Source: Cyclobacteriaceae bacterium (lineage in GTDB: Bacteria > Bacteroidota > Bacteroidia > Cytophagales > Cyclobacteriaceae). From it: DNA of 64,000 nucleotides. Shown here piece after piece: positions 53,733-62,001 of the stretch (position 1 is its first letter; each line of letters begins with the position of its first letter). The notes beneath the pieces are model-generated. The model was given only the letters and a program-made list of their open reading frames with translations, made no database searches and had not been told where the DNA came from. The DNA is taken from positions 3,522,616-3,586,615 of the forward strand of contig OZ245789.1 of NCBI GenBank assembly GCA_965228045.1, written 5' to 3'. Both the position numbers and the translations under genes were made by a program.

Positions 53733-55394
53733 CTAGTTTTCTGATAAATACTCATGGACAAATTTGATGGCCATAGAACCCTCCCCCACAGCTGAAGCCA
53801 CCCGGTTCATAGCCCCGGACCGAACATCTCCTGCTGCAAAAATTCCAGGCACGCAAGTCTCCAGTAGGTACGGTTCCCTGTCCAGTTTCCATATCTTTTT
53901 GAAGTTCGGATACCGTGTCAGGGAGTTACCAGTTTCCAGAAAACCTTTTCCATCTTTCAGGAGATCCAACTGCAGCCAATCCGTGATGGGTTTGGCCCCA
54001 ATGAATATAAATAACGCTCCCGCATTGACCTTTCTTTTTTCACCGGAAACAGTACTTTCGAGTTCTATTTCCTTAAGTCTTTCGTCTCCCGAAACTGCTG
54101 TCACTTCCGTTTCGCCTAGCACTTCAATGTTTGGAGTTCCCGCAATTTGATCAATCAGATAGGAAGACATGCTGGCTGTTAGGTCTTTTTTACGGATGAC
54201 AATGGAAACTTTCCGGGCAAACTTGGAAAGATACATAGCTGCCTGCCCGGCGCTGTTTCCTCCGCCGACGATGTAAACATCTTCATTTTTGCAGGACTGG
54301 GCTTCAGTGGTGGCGGCTCCATAATAGATACCTGCTCCCGTAAAATCATCGATCCCCTTAGCAGGATGCTTGCGGTAATCCACTCCAGTGGTGATGATGA
54401 TGCTCCTGGTATTGACCGTGGAACCATCGGACAGCTCCACGATCTTATAGCCATCCTGGATCTTGATCCCGGTCACGGATTGGGGAGATAGAAACTCGAT
54501 CCCAAATCGTGTTGCCTGCGTAATGGCCCTTCGTGACAGGTCTGCCCCACTGAGTCCATTGGGAAAACCCAGGTAGTTCTCAATCCGCGAGCTGGTTCCC
54601 GCCTGTCCTCCAGGCGCGCGCTTTTCTATCAGCAGGGTATTCAACCCCTCTGATCCTCCGTAAACAGCACTTGCCAGGCCAGCAGGTCCCGCGCCAACAA
54701 TCACTACGTCATACATCTTTTGCTTTGCGGTAGCGCTCATTCCGGCTTTGCTGCCAATCTCGGGAAGCGTAGGACGCTTCAGATGGCTTCCATCTTCGAA
54801 GAATACCACCGGCAAATGATGATCATCGAGTTTGTTAAGATCCAGCAATTGCCGCCCTTCAGCGGAAGTTTCGATATCCATCCAATGGTAAGGGATGAGA
54901 TTGCCAGAAAGAAAATCCTTTATAAGATGCGACTCCGGGGACCATTGAAATCCAATGATCTTAATGCCACTGAAAGCAGGACGATAATGGCTTTGCCATT
55001 CTTCCAGCTGGTCCTTTATTACCGGGTAGAGCTTCTCCTCCGGTGGGTCCCATGGTTTCATCAGGTAGTAATCCAGCTGTACATCATTTATGGCCTTGAT
55101 GGCGGCATCTGTGTCAGAATATGCCGTCAAAAGTACACGTCTGGCTGAAGGAAAAATTTCCTTTGCCTTTTCCAAAAATTCAACTCCCAGCATTTCGGGC
55201 ATTCTTTGGTCTGAAATGAACAGCGCAATGATCTCTCCCTTGTTTTTCAGTTCTACCAGGTAATCCAGACCCTCTGATGCGGATTCTGTCGCGAGCACTC
55301 TATAGTCCTTTCTGAATTCAGATTTGATATCACGAACCACCGCTTTCAATACGGCCGGATCATCATCAATAAGAAATATGATTGGTTTTTTCAT
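53733..55394 (-). CDS. fused response-regulator receiver / Grx-like / thioredoxin-reductase-like flavoprotein
   Basis: REC domain (FLIDDD...ISDQRMP...LTAY.D). FAD motif YDVVIVGAGPAGLASA. NAD(P) motif VYIVGGGNSAGQAA. GIFAAGDV. No CxxC anywhere in the 553 aa. Confidence 0.85.
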   Translation of the reverse strand: MKKPIIFLIDDDPAVLKAVVRDIKSEFRKDYRVLATESASEGLDYLVELKNKGEIIALFISDQRMPEMLGVEFLEKAKEIFPSARRVLLTAYSDTDAAIKAINDVQLDYYLMKPWDPPEEKLYPVIKDQLEEWQSHYRPAFSGIKIIGFQWSPESHLIKDFLSGNLIPYHWMDIETSAEGRQLLDLNKLDDHHLPVVFFEDGSHLKRPTLPEIGSKAGMSATAKQKMYDVVIVGAGPAGLASAVYGGSEGLNTLLIEKRAPGGQAGTSSRIENYLGFPNGLSGADLSRRAITQATRFGIEFLSPQSVTGIKIQDGYKIVELSDGSTVNTRSIIITTGVDYRKHPAKGIDDFTGAGIYYGAATTEAQSCKNEDVYIVGGGNSAGQAAMYLSKFARKVSIVIRKKDLTASMSSYLIDQIAGTPNIEVLGETEVTAVSGDERLKEIELESTVSGEKRKVNAGALFIFIGAKPITDWLQLDLLKDGKGFLETGNSLTRYPNFKKIWKLDREPYLLETCVPGIFAAGDVRSGAMNRVASAVGEGSMAIKFVHEYLSEN

Positions 55395-55406
55395 TACTCA
55401 GTGCTC

Positions 55407-56792
55407 TTACTTTTTTGGAAAACAAATGGTAAACTCTGTCTTACCTGGTTGTGTGGTGAAAGTTACAGTACCATTGTGTTGATTGGTTACGATTCTATGC
55501 ACCACCTCCATACCCAATCCTGTTCCTTTGCCGATTTCCTTGGTGGTAAAAAATGGATCAAAAATTTTGTCCTGAACCTCCTCCGGGATACCTGTTCCCG
55601 TATCACTGATCTTCACGTAGATGTACTCAGAGTCCTGGCTTGTTTTTATTCCAAGTTCACGATTTTCCGTAGTTTCCATGGCATCAATGGCGTTGTCAAT
55701 GAGATTGGTCCAGACCTGGTTCACCTCACTGGCCAGAAGATCAGGTTTGGGAAGACTTTCGTCAAAATCCCGGTTGACCTTGATATTTGATCGATTGATT
55801 TTATGTGCCAGCATGGTCAAAGTATTTTCAATGCCCGCGTGAATATCGGTAGGTTTCTTCTCCGGAGCCTGATCCATATGCGTGTAGCTCTTCACTGACG
55901 AAACAAGCTTGTTGATGCGCTGCGAAGCTTCTTCGATCTCGTCCACAAGTCTTTCTGTCGTCAGGTTTTGGTTGACCCAACCAATAATCCCTTCCAAATA
56001 TTCCGAATCGACCTGGTCCGCTATTTTATCCAGGATATCCGTATCAAACCCGAAAAGAACAAGGTTCTCCGCAATCGTATCATCATCCTCAATATCATGA
56101 TTTTCAAGCCAATCGATAATGTCATCTTCACGCTCCGATTTCTCCATCATGGAAAAAGTCTGAATTCCTTTACTAATCCTTTCTGTGAGAAATGCATTTA
56201 GGGTATCCACATGCTCATCGCTGATGTTCATTTTTATGACCGTCTTAAAACTATCCGGTCCCAATTTCAGATGGGAACTAAGAATTTGGGCACTCCTGAC
56301 AATGGCTGCTGATGGATTGTTTAATTCATGTGCAAGACCGGCTGAAAGCTTACCCAGAGCCATCATCTTGTCATTTTGCTGCTGGTTCTTCGTGAACTCC
56401 CTGATCCTTGAACTCATCAGGTGAACCAGTACGGTCGTCAATTCTTCCTGTGTCCGAACCATCTCATGAAACTTGTCCCTGTGAACGGCAAGAATCTTAA
56501 TTGGCTCGATGACCTGGGCCAATCCAAATGCTTCCTTAGCCCTGGAGTAAGGCAGCAAACCCGTGACCATCCCCTTTCCAAATTCAGATACAACCCTGTA
56601 CTGGTTACCCTGCTGCACCTTTATCAAAGCCTTCCCTTCCAATACCACCAGTAATCGATCGATCGGATCTCCGGGCTTAAAAACGGACTCGTCTTTCCCG
56701 AAATGGAGGATTTCACCATTGTCGATCAACCACTGCAGACCTGAATCCTGAACACCCTCCAGGGCAGGGATTGCCTTTAAAACATCTATCAT
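55407..56792 (-). CDS. cyclic-nucleotide-binding-domain sensor histidine kinase
   Basis: N-terminal cNMP-binding fold (FKPGDPIDRLLVVLEGK), H-box LSAGLAHELNNP, and N/G boxes (NLIDNAIDAM, DTGTGIP, GTGLGM). Confidence 0.8.
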   Translation of the reverse strand: MIDVLKAIPALEGVQDSGLQWLIDNGEILHFGKDESVFKPGDPIDRLLVVLEGKALIKVQQGNQYRVVSEFGKGMVTGLLPYSRAKEAFGLAQVIEPIKILAVHRDKFHEMVRTQEELTTVLVHLMSSRIREFTKNQQQNDKMMALGKLSAGLAHELNNPSAAIVRSAQILSSHLKLGPDSFKTVIKMNISDEHVDTLNAFLTERISKGIQTFSMMEKSEREDDIIDWLENHDIEDDDTIAENLVLFGFDTDILDKIADQVDSEYLEGIIGWVNQNLTTERLVDEIEEASQRINKLVSSVKSYTHMDQAPEKKPTDIHAGIENTLTMLAHKINRSNIKVNRDFDESLPKPDLLASEVNQVWTNLIDNAIDAMETTENRELGIKTSQDSEYIYVKISDTGTGIPEEVQDKIFDPFFTTKEIGKGTGLGMEVVHRIVTNQHNGTVTFTTQPGKTEFTICFPKK

Positions 56793-56980
56793 AAAAGTCT
56801 TTGCTAAGGACTTACCAATTTACAACCTGAATAAGTTAATTCAGTTGAATCTGAGAAATTCTACGGATTTGAAATTGCTGCTGATTAAAAGAAGTACACA
56901 ATGGTAGCCGGTATGACAAATGGTTAAACCTTCCCCATCCTTATCAGACGCCTGAACTTCAACTTTCCTTACAGAATGAA

Positions 56981-58684
56981 TTAAGCTTCGGTTTTACCCC
57001 TCCTGTCAAACAAACTAAAGATCATTGCGAGTAATACCACTAACACGCAACCAATGGCATTGTACCACAGGTATCCTAGTTTGAAAAGACCGGCGAGCGT
57101 AGCAAAATGACAGGCGATGACAAATGCCTGCGAAATCAGCCCTGCCGTAAAGACCGCCGTTCCCCTGATCCATTTAAGGAAAAAGGCCACCAGGAATATT
57201 CCCAGGATCGGCCCATAGAAAATAGAGCCAACAATGTTGACTGCTTCAATCAGATTTTCGGACTTATCTGCAATGAATGCAAAAATGATCGCGATGATAC
57301 CCCATATGAATGTAAGCACCCTGGATGCCACCAGGTATTGATGATCAGTTCCTCCCCTATTGACAAGTCTGCGATATACGTCCACAGCTGTTGTCGAGGC
57401 CAAAGAGTTAAGTTCTGAAGAGGTAGATGACATGGCCGCAGAAAGTATAACCGCTATTAATAAACCAATCAGACCATGCGGTAGATAGGACATAATAAAA
57501 GACAAGAAAACATAATCAGCATCCTTTGTCTCTACAAACTCATCCACTTCATTAATTAAGACTTTTACTTCCTGTCTTACTTCCTCGGACCTACGATCCA
57601 CATCCCTTAGATTGTCTGCCATTAACTGACGCCTGGAGGGATCATCTGTTTCAGTCATCGAAAGAGCTGCAGCTTTTCTTTCCTTCAGCAATGCTTCATA
57701 CCGGTCTTCAAGTATGACAAGCTCACTGGCCCGGTCACTGTTTCGAACCATCTCAAGAGACTTCTCTTTAAAGTGAACTGGAGGTGTATAAAAAATGTAA
57801 AACACATAAACCAGTACACCTACAAATAGAATAAAGAACTGCATGGGGATCTTGAAGATGGCATTGAACATCAGACCCATCTTGCTTGCCGCGATGTTCT
57901 TTCCACCAAGGTAGCGCTGTACCTGTGACTGATCCGTACCAAAGTATGAAAGTGAAAGGAACAATCCTCCCGTGATCCCGCTCCAGAACGTGTATCTTTT
58001 CTCCGTATTAAGATCAAAATCAATCGCCTGGGTTTTATTCAAAACAGAGGCAACTTCCACGGTTTGACCGAATGTCAGAAAATCCGCCAGATACCAGATC
58101 AGCATTCCGAATGCGATGAACATCCCTCCCATAATTACCGCCATCTGTTGCTTTTGAGTAATACTTACAGCCTTTGTTCCACCGGATACAGTGTAGATGA
58201 TCACCATTCCTCCTGTGATCAGGATCGTAATTGAAAGGTTCCATTCCAGGATGGTGGACAGGATGATCGCCGGAGCATAAATGGTAATGCCTGCCTGCAG
58301 TCCTCTCTGTATCAGGAAGAGCATTGCGCCAAGCAAACGTGTCTTCAGATCAAATCTCTTTTCAAGGAATTCATAAGCGGTGTACACCTTGAGCTTATAG
58401 TACAACGGAATAAAAATCGTGGAAACAATGACCAGTGCGATAGGTAGACCAAAATAGTTTTGCACAAAACCCATCCCGCTTTCGTAAGCCTGACCGGGTG
58501 TTGAGATGAATGTGATGGCACTCGCCTGGGTGGCCATCACTGAAAGGCCGATGGTACTCCATTTGAGGGTGTTGTCTCCGAGTAGATAACCCTGAATATT
58601 TTGTTGACCACGTGTTTTGTATACACCGTATGCCACAATGAATATCAGTGTCCCAAAGAGAACCAGTAAATCAATGTTGTTCAT
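56981..58684 (-). CDS. sodium:solute symporter (SSS family)
   Basis: 567-aa polytopic ORF with SSF-type N-terminus (GYLLGDNTLKWSTIGLSVMATQASAITF). Confidence 0.85.
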   Translation of the reverse strand: MNNIDLLVLFGTLIFIVAYGVYKTRGQQNIQGYLLGDNTLKWSTIGLSVMATQASAITFISTPGQAYESGMGFVQNYFGLPIALVIVSTIFIPLYYKLKVYTAYEFLEKRFDLKTRLLGAMLFLIQRGLQAGITIYAPAIILSTILEWNLSITILITGGMVIIYTVSGGTKAVSITQKQQMAVIMGGMFIAFGMLIWYLADFLTFGQTVEVASVLNKTQAIDFDLNTEKRYTFWSGITGGLFLSLSYFGTDQSQVQRYLGGKNIAASKMGLMFNAIFKIPMQFFILFVGVLVYVFYIFYTPPVHFKEKSLEMVRNSDRASELVILEDRYEALLKERKAAALSMTETDDPSRRQLMADNLRDVDRRSEEVRQEVKVLINEVDEFVETKDADYVFLSFIMSYLPHGLIGLLIAVILSAAMSSTSSELNSLASTTAVDVYRRLVNRGGTDHQYLVASRVLTFIWGIIAIIFAFIADKSENLIEAVNIVGSIFYGPILGIFLVAFFLKWIRGTAVFTAGLISQAFVIACHFATLAGLFKLGYLWYNAIGCVLVVLLAMIFSLFDRRGKTEA

Positions 58685-58825
58685 TTAAAACCAATAGGGG
58701 TAAAAGTGAAGAATTAGTAGCGTGGCGATGAAAAAAGCGATGACGACGGTGTAGATGTGTTTCCATTTCTTAAATAATGGCGGTGTATCTACATACTTTT
58801 CTTGCCCGTACTCAGGTTCACTCAT
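58685..58825 (-). CDS. small membrane protein (46 aa) coupled to the symporter
   Basis: Not in the ORF track. MSEPEYGQEKYVDTPPLFKKWKHIYTVVIAFFIATLLILHFYPYWF. Its TAA is immediately followed by the symporter ATG. Confidence 0.4.
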   Translation of the reverse strand: MSEPEYGQEKYVDTPPLFKKWKHIYTVVIAFFIATLLILHFYPYWF

Positions 58826-58830
58826 TCTAA

Positions 58831-61317
58831 TTATTGTTGTTTGTTTTGACCTATTGAAATTAAATTGACGAACAAGCGATAGGCTCCCGGTACACCTGCT
58901 GGTAACTCCCTGAACCAGGAATAACCTGAATATATGTAATATCCCTCTCCATAGCTTGCGACAAGCAGTCCCCCATCCCTGGGATCTTCCCCGGGATCAT
59001 TTGAACTTAGAATGGCTTTGAAGTTTTCGTCCCACTTGTCAGGAAAATAAAGTCCACGTTCCTGAACCCAGCCCTCGAAGTCTTTGTTTGTAATCTTATT
59101 TGGGGAGTTGAGCACGGCATGTTGTGGTTCCAATATCCGCACCTCAGCTTCTTCAACTGCCACCCTGTCTCTGGAAATCTGTAGGTCATATGGTGCAACC
59201 TCTTCTGTTACCAATCCACGATTTGTGTTGTATTGAACAATTACGGTCCCTCCCTTTTCCACATATTTAAATAGCTCCTGGTTCTTGTATGAAAGCCAAT
59301 CAATCGTATTGAATGCGCGAATTCCAAGAATCACAGCATCATAAGACTGAAGATTTTCTGCAGTCACCTCATCTTTGCTGAGGATATTGACGTCATATCC
59401 AATCTGACGTAAATTTTCCGGAATGACATCTCCGGCACCCTCAATATAACCTATCAGATTACCTCTTTTTTGCAAATCAAGTTTTACAAGTTTGGTTGAG
59501 GACAGAGGGTAAAGCGTCTGAACAGGAATGTGATCATAGTCTATGATGTCACGACCCCGTGAAAAGGTACTTCCATCCTCCATTTCGATTACTGCCGTCA
59601 GCGTAGATTCATCAGCCCCGGTTGGTGGTTTCAGTGAAAATGTAAAGAGCTTCTCCTGGTTCTCCTGCACCAACTGAAAATCAACCTGCTCCGGTGTAAT
59701 TTTCCAGCCTTCCGGCAAATCAAACTTTAGTGTTCCTGCTGCACCGGCTTTTCCTGCAATCACCCGTGCCTCGATCTGCCTGGCTTCGTCATTCCCGAAT
59801 ATGACGATATCATCGCTAAGGTTGACCATCGCCGGGGGGGCGATTTCCACCGGACGATATACTTCACCATCTACGGGATCCCTGCGCTTGAAGAAAACCG
59901 GTCTCTCAAATTCCAGGTATTGATCCTCCCATTTGATTGTGAATCTTGCGTTAAATACAGGATCATTTTCAGGTTTGCCAATTTTGCTTTCGTCTTCTAC
60001 ATGATACATCCCAAGGGTTGCCTGTTCGTTTAACCAATACGGATGCGAAAACGGTAGCTCCGGCACAACTGCAAAAAAATCGGCGGTGATCTTCTCATTG
60101 GACTCCAGAGATTGATTGAATTCATTTCTGAAACCTATAGGATCAATAGATAACTCTACCAATTCAAAATCTACATCACCCCTGGAGATCACCTCCATTT
60201 CAAATCCAATTGAGTCTCCTTTTACATAAGAATAGTCATCAGCGATGACTTCGAGGTAAGTCCCCGTAATGGCGGCAACTGCCTCGTCTATTTCCTTAAG
60301 CTTGATCTCCTTCCAAAACTGATCGGGAAGCTTCATCAGCTCCTCACGACCTTTATAGAGGTTGGCCAATGCGTCATAAGGATTACGTGGATCATAACTT
60401 TCGGAGGCCTTTTTCAGGAACTCAGAAACACCTTCAGAACCTTTTACCCGGTTCCATGTAAAATCTATCCCATCCAGCATTTCACCCGTGTCCTCTCCGT
60501 CCCACTGCTCAAAAAACTGCATATCACTTCCACGGGAGCCCACCGACCCAAATCCCTGACTTTTGTGCATAGACCTGCTTAGCGCTGATATTTCATTATA
60601 GGATTGACCTAATAGCGGATTAAATGCACCTATCTCGAGACTCTTGTAGGCAGCAGTATCAAACTCCATATCAGACCGGGCAAAAAACCATGGGCTTGTG
60701 TTCCAAAATATCTTTTGTGGCTGCCAGGGTTCCAATTCCTTCAATTGATCCGGAAAAGCATTCGGATCACCTGCTTTTTCAAATGCCTCCTTTGCCAACA
60801 TGGCAGATGTAGTATGGTGGCCATGGGTCTCGCCAGGTGCAATGTTGAACCTGGTAATAATAATGTCTGGCCTGAACTGTCGGTAAACTCTCACAAAATC
60901 CGCCAATACCTTATCCTTCTCCCAAATAGTCAAAGTCTCATCAGGATGCTTGGAATAACCAAAATCATTGGCCCTTGAGAAAAATTGCTGTCCTCCATCT
61001 GTTCTTCTGGCGGCCAGCAGCTCCTGTGTTCTGATCAAACCCAGACCTTCCCTGATTTCCGGTCCTATCAGGTTCTGTCCACCGTCACCTCTGGTAGCCG
61101 ATAAGTAGGCAGTTCTAAATAATTCCTCATTCGCGAAATAGGCAATCACACTTGTATTTTCATCATCCGGATGAGCGGCGACATAGAGGACTGTGCCTAG
61201 GACGTTTAATTTGTTTAGCTTTTGCTGTATTTCTCCTGCGTGGTAGGATGGAGGTTTTTGAGCACTCAGACAAAGTGATAAGAGCAATGAAAAGACTAAA
61301 CCTGGAAGCTTGTTCAT
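58831..61317 (-). CDS. PIG-L/LmbE-family deacetylase with large C-terminal extension
   Basis: Signal peptide. VLYVAAHPDDENTSVIAYF and HGHHT zinc-site motifs. 828 aa. Confidence 0.8.
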   Translation of the reverse strand: MNKLPGLVFSLLLSLCLSAQKPPSYHAGEIQQKLNKLNVLGTVLYVAAHPDDENTSVIAYFANEELFRTAYLSATRGDGGQNLIGPEIREGLGLIRTQELLAARRTDGGQQFFSRANDFGYSKHPDETLTIWEKDKVLADFVRVYRQFRPDIIITRFNIAPGETHGHHTTSAMLAKEAFEKAGDPNAFPDQLKELEPWQPQKIFWNTSPWFFARSDMEFDTAAYKSLEIGAFNPLLGQSYNEISALSRSMHKSQGFGSVGSRGSDMQFFEQWDGEDTGEMLDGIDFTWNRVKGSEGVSEFLKKASESYDPRNPYDALANLYKGREELMKLPDQFWKEIKLKEIDEAVAAITGTYLEVIADDYSYVKGDSIGFEMEVISRGDVDFELVELSIDPIGFRNEFNQSLESNEKITADFFAVVPELPFSHPYWLNEQATLGMYHVEDESKIGKPENDPVFNARFTIKWEDQYLEFERPVFFKRRDPVDGEVYRPVEIAPPAMVNLSDDIVIFGNDEARQIEARVIAGKAGAAGTLKFDLPEGWKITPEQVDFQLVQENQEKLFTFSLKPPTGADESTLTAVIEMEDGSTFSRGRDIIDYDHIPVQTLYPLSSTKLVKLDLQKRGNLIGYIEGAGDVIPENLRQIGYDVNILSKDEVTAENLQSYDAVILGIRAFNTIDWLSYKNQELFKYVEKGGTVIVQYNTNRGLVTEEVAPYDLQISRDRVAVEEAEVRILEPQHAVLNSPNKITNKDFEGWVQERGLYFPDKWDENFKAILSSNDPGEDPRDGGLLVASYGEGYYIYSGYSWFRELPAGVPGAYRLFVNLISIGQNKQQ

Positions 61318-61477
61318 TTTTGTTTGGTTAAAGTGATTACGGATCGATGGCCCGAAAGTTATCCGAATTTTACGGACGGACTTTTCTTAAGAGCTTGTCG
61401 CAAAAATCAATAAAATAGATAGACAGCAGAGATCGGAGGGATTATTTCTGATGAGCGGTTCAGACTGAAAAAAATCT

Positions 61478-61981
61478 TTAATCTGCTATTTTCACCCCTG
61501 TTGCGACAAAGGTTAGTTCCGTTTTTGGCTCTGTGATGGCCATAATCTCATCTTCATCCGCTCCTGCATCGCTGGCATAGTGTCTTTGCGTTTCAACGTC
61601 GATGATGTCTTTCTTCACTACGCCTTCAAATACAGCAGTTTTACCTTCGGCACCTTGCTTGGGCACAAAAAATCCGTAGTCCTTGAAAGTGACTCTCATC
61701 TCTTCACCCTCACCGGTATCTATTGTCATCCAGCAACCTTTTGCCTTGCAGGTAGCATTGATGGTACCGGAAACCCTGACGATAAGTGAGTCAGAATCCC
61801 CCACAAGAGTTGCCAGATTCTCTGCATTAACTTCATCCGTCAGTGTCAGGTCAGCACCATATAAATTGCTGCTGGCCAGATCTTTCTGTTCGGCATTCGC
61901 GGAGGTTACTTCCGATTTACTCTTATCCTGACCACAGGCAAAAATCACCAGGGTCAAAAGGGTAGCTACTAAGATTCTCAT
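61478..61981 (-). CDS. DUF4920-like lipoprotein
   Basis: Start at MRILVATLLTLVIFACGQ. Segment CKAKGCWMTIDTGEGEEMRVTFKDYGFFVPK. Confidence 0.55.
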   Translation of the reverse strand: MRILVATLLTLVIFACGQDKSKSEVTSANAEQKDLASSNLYGADLTLTDEVNAENLATLVGDSDSLIVRVSGTINATCKAKGCWMTIDTGEGEEMRVTFKDYGFFVPKQGAEGKTAVFEGVVKKDIIDVETQRHYASDAGADEDEIMAITEPKTELTFVATGVKIAD

Positions 61982-62001
61982 GTTACAAAAGTAATCAAGG
62001 A

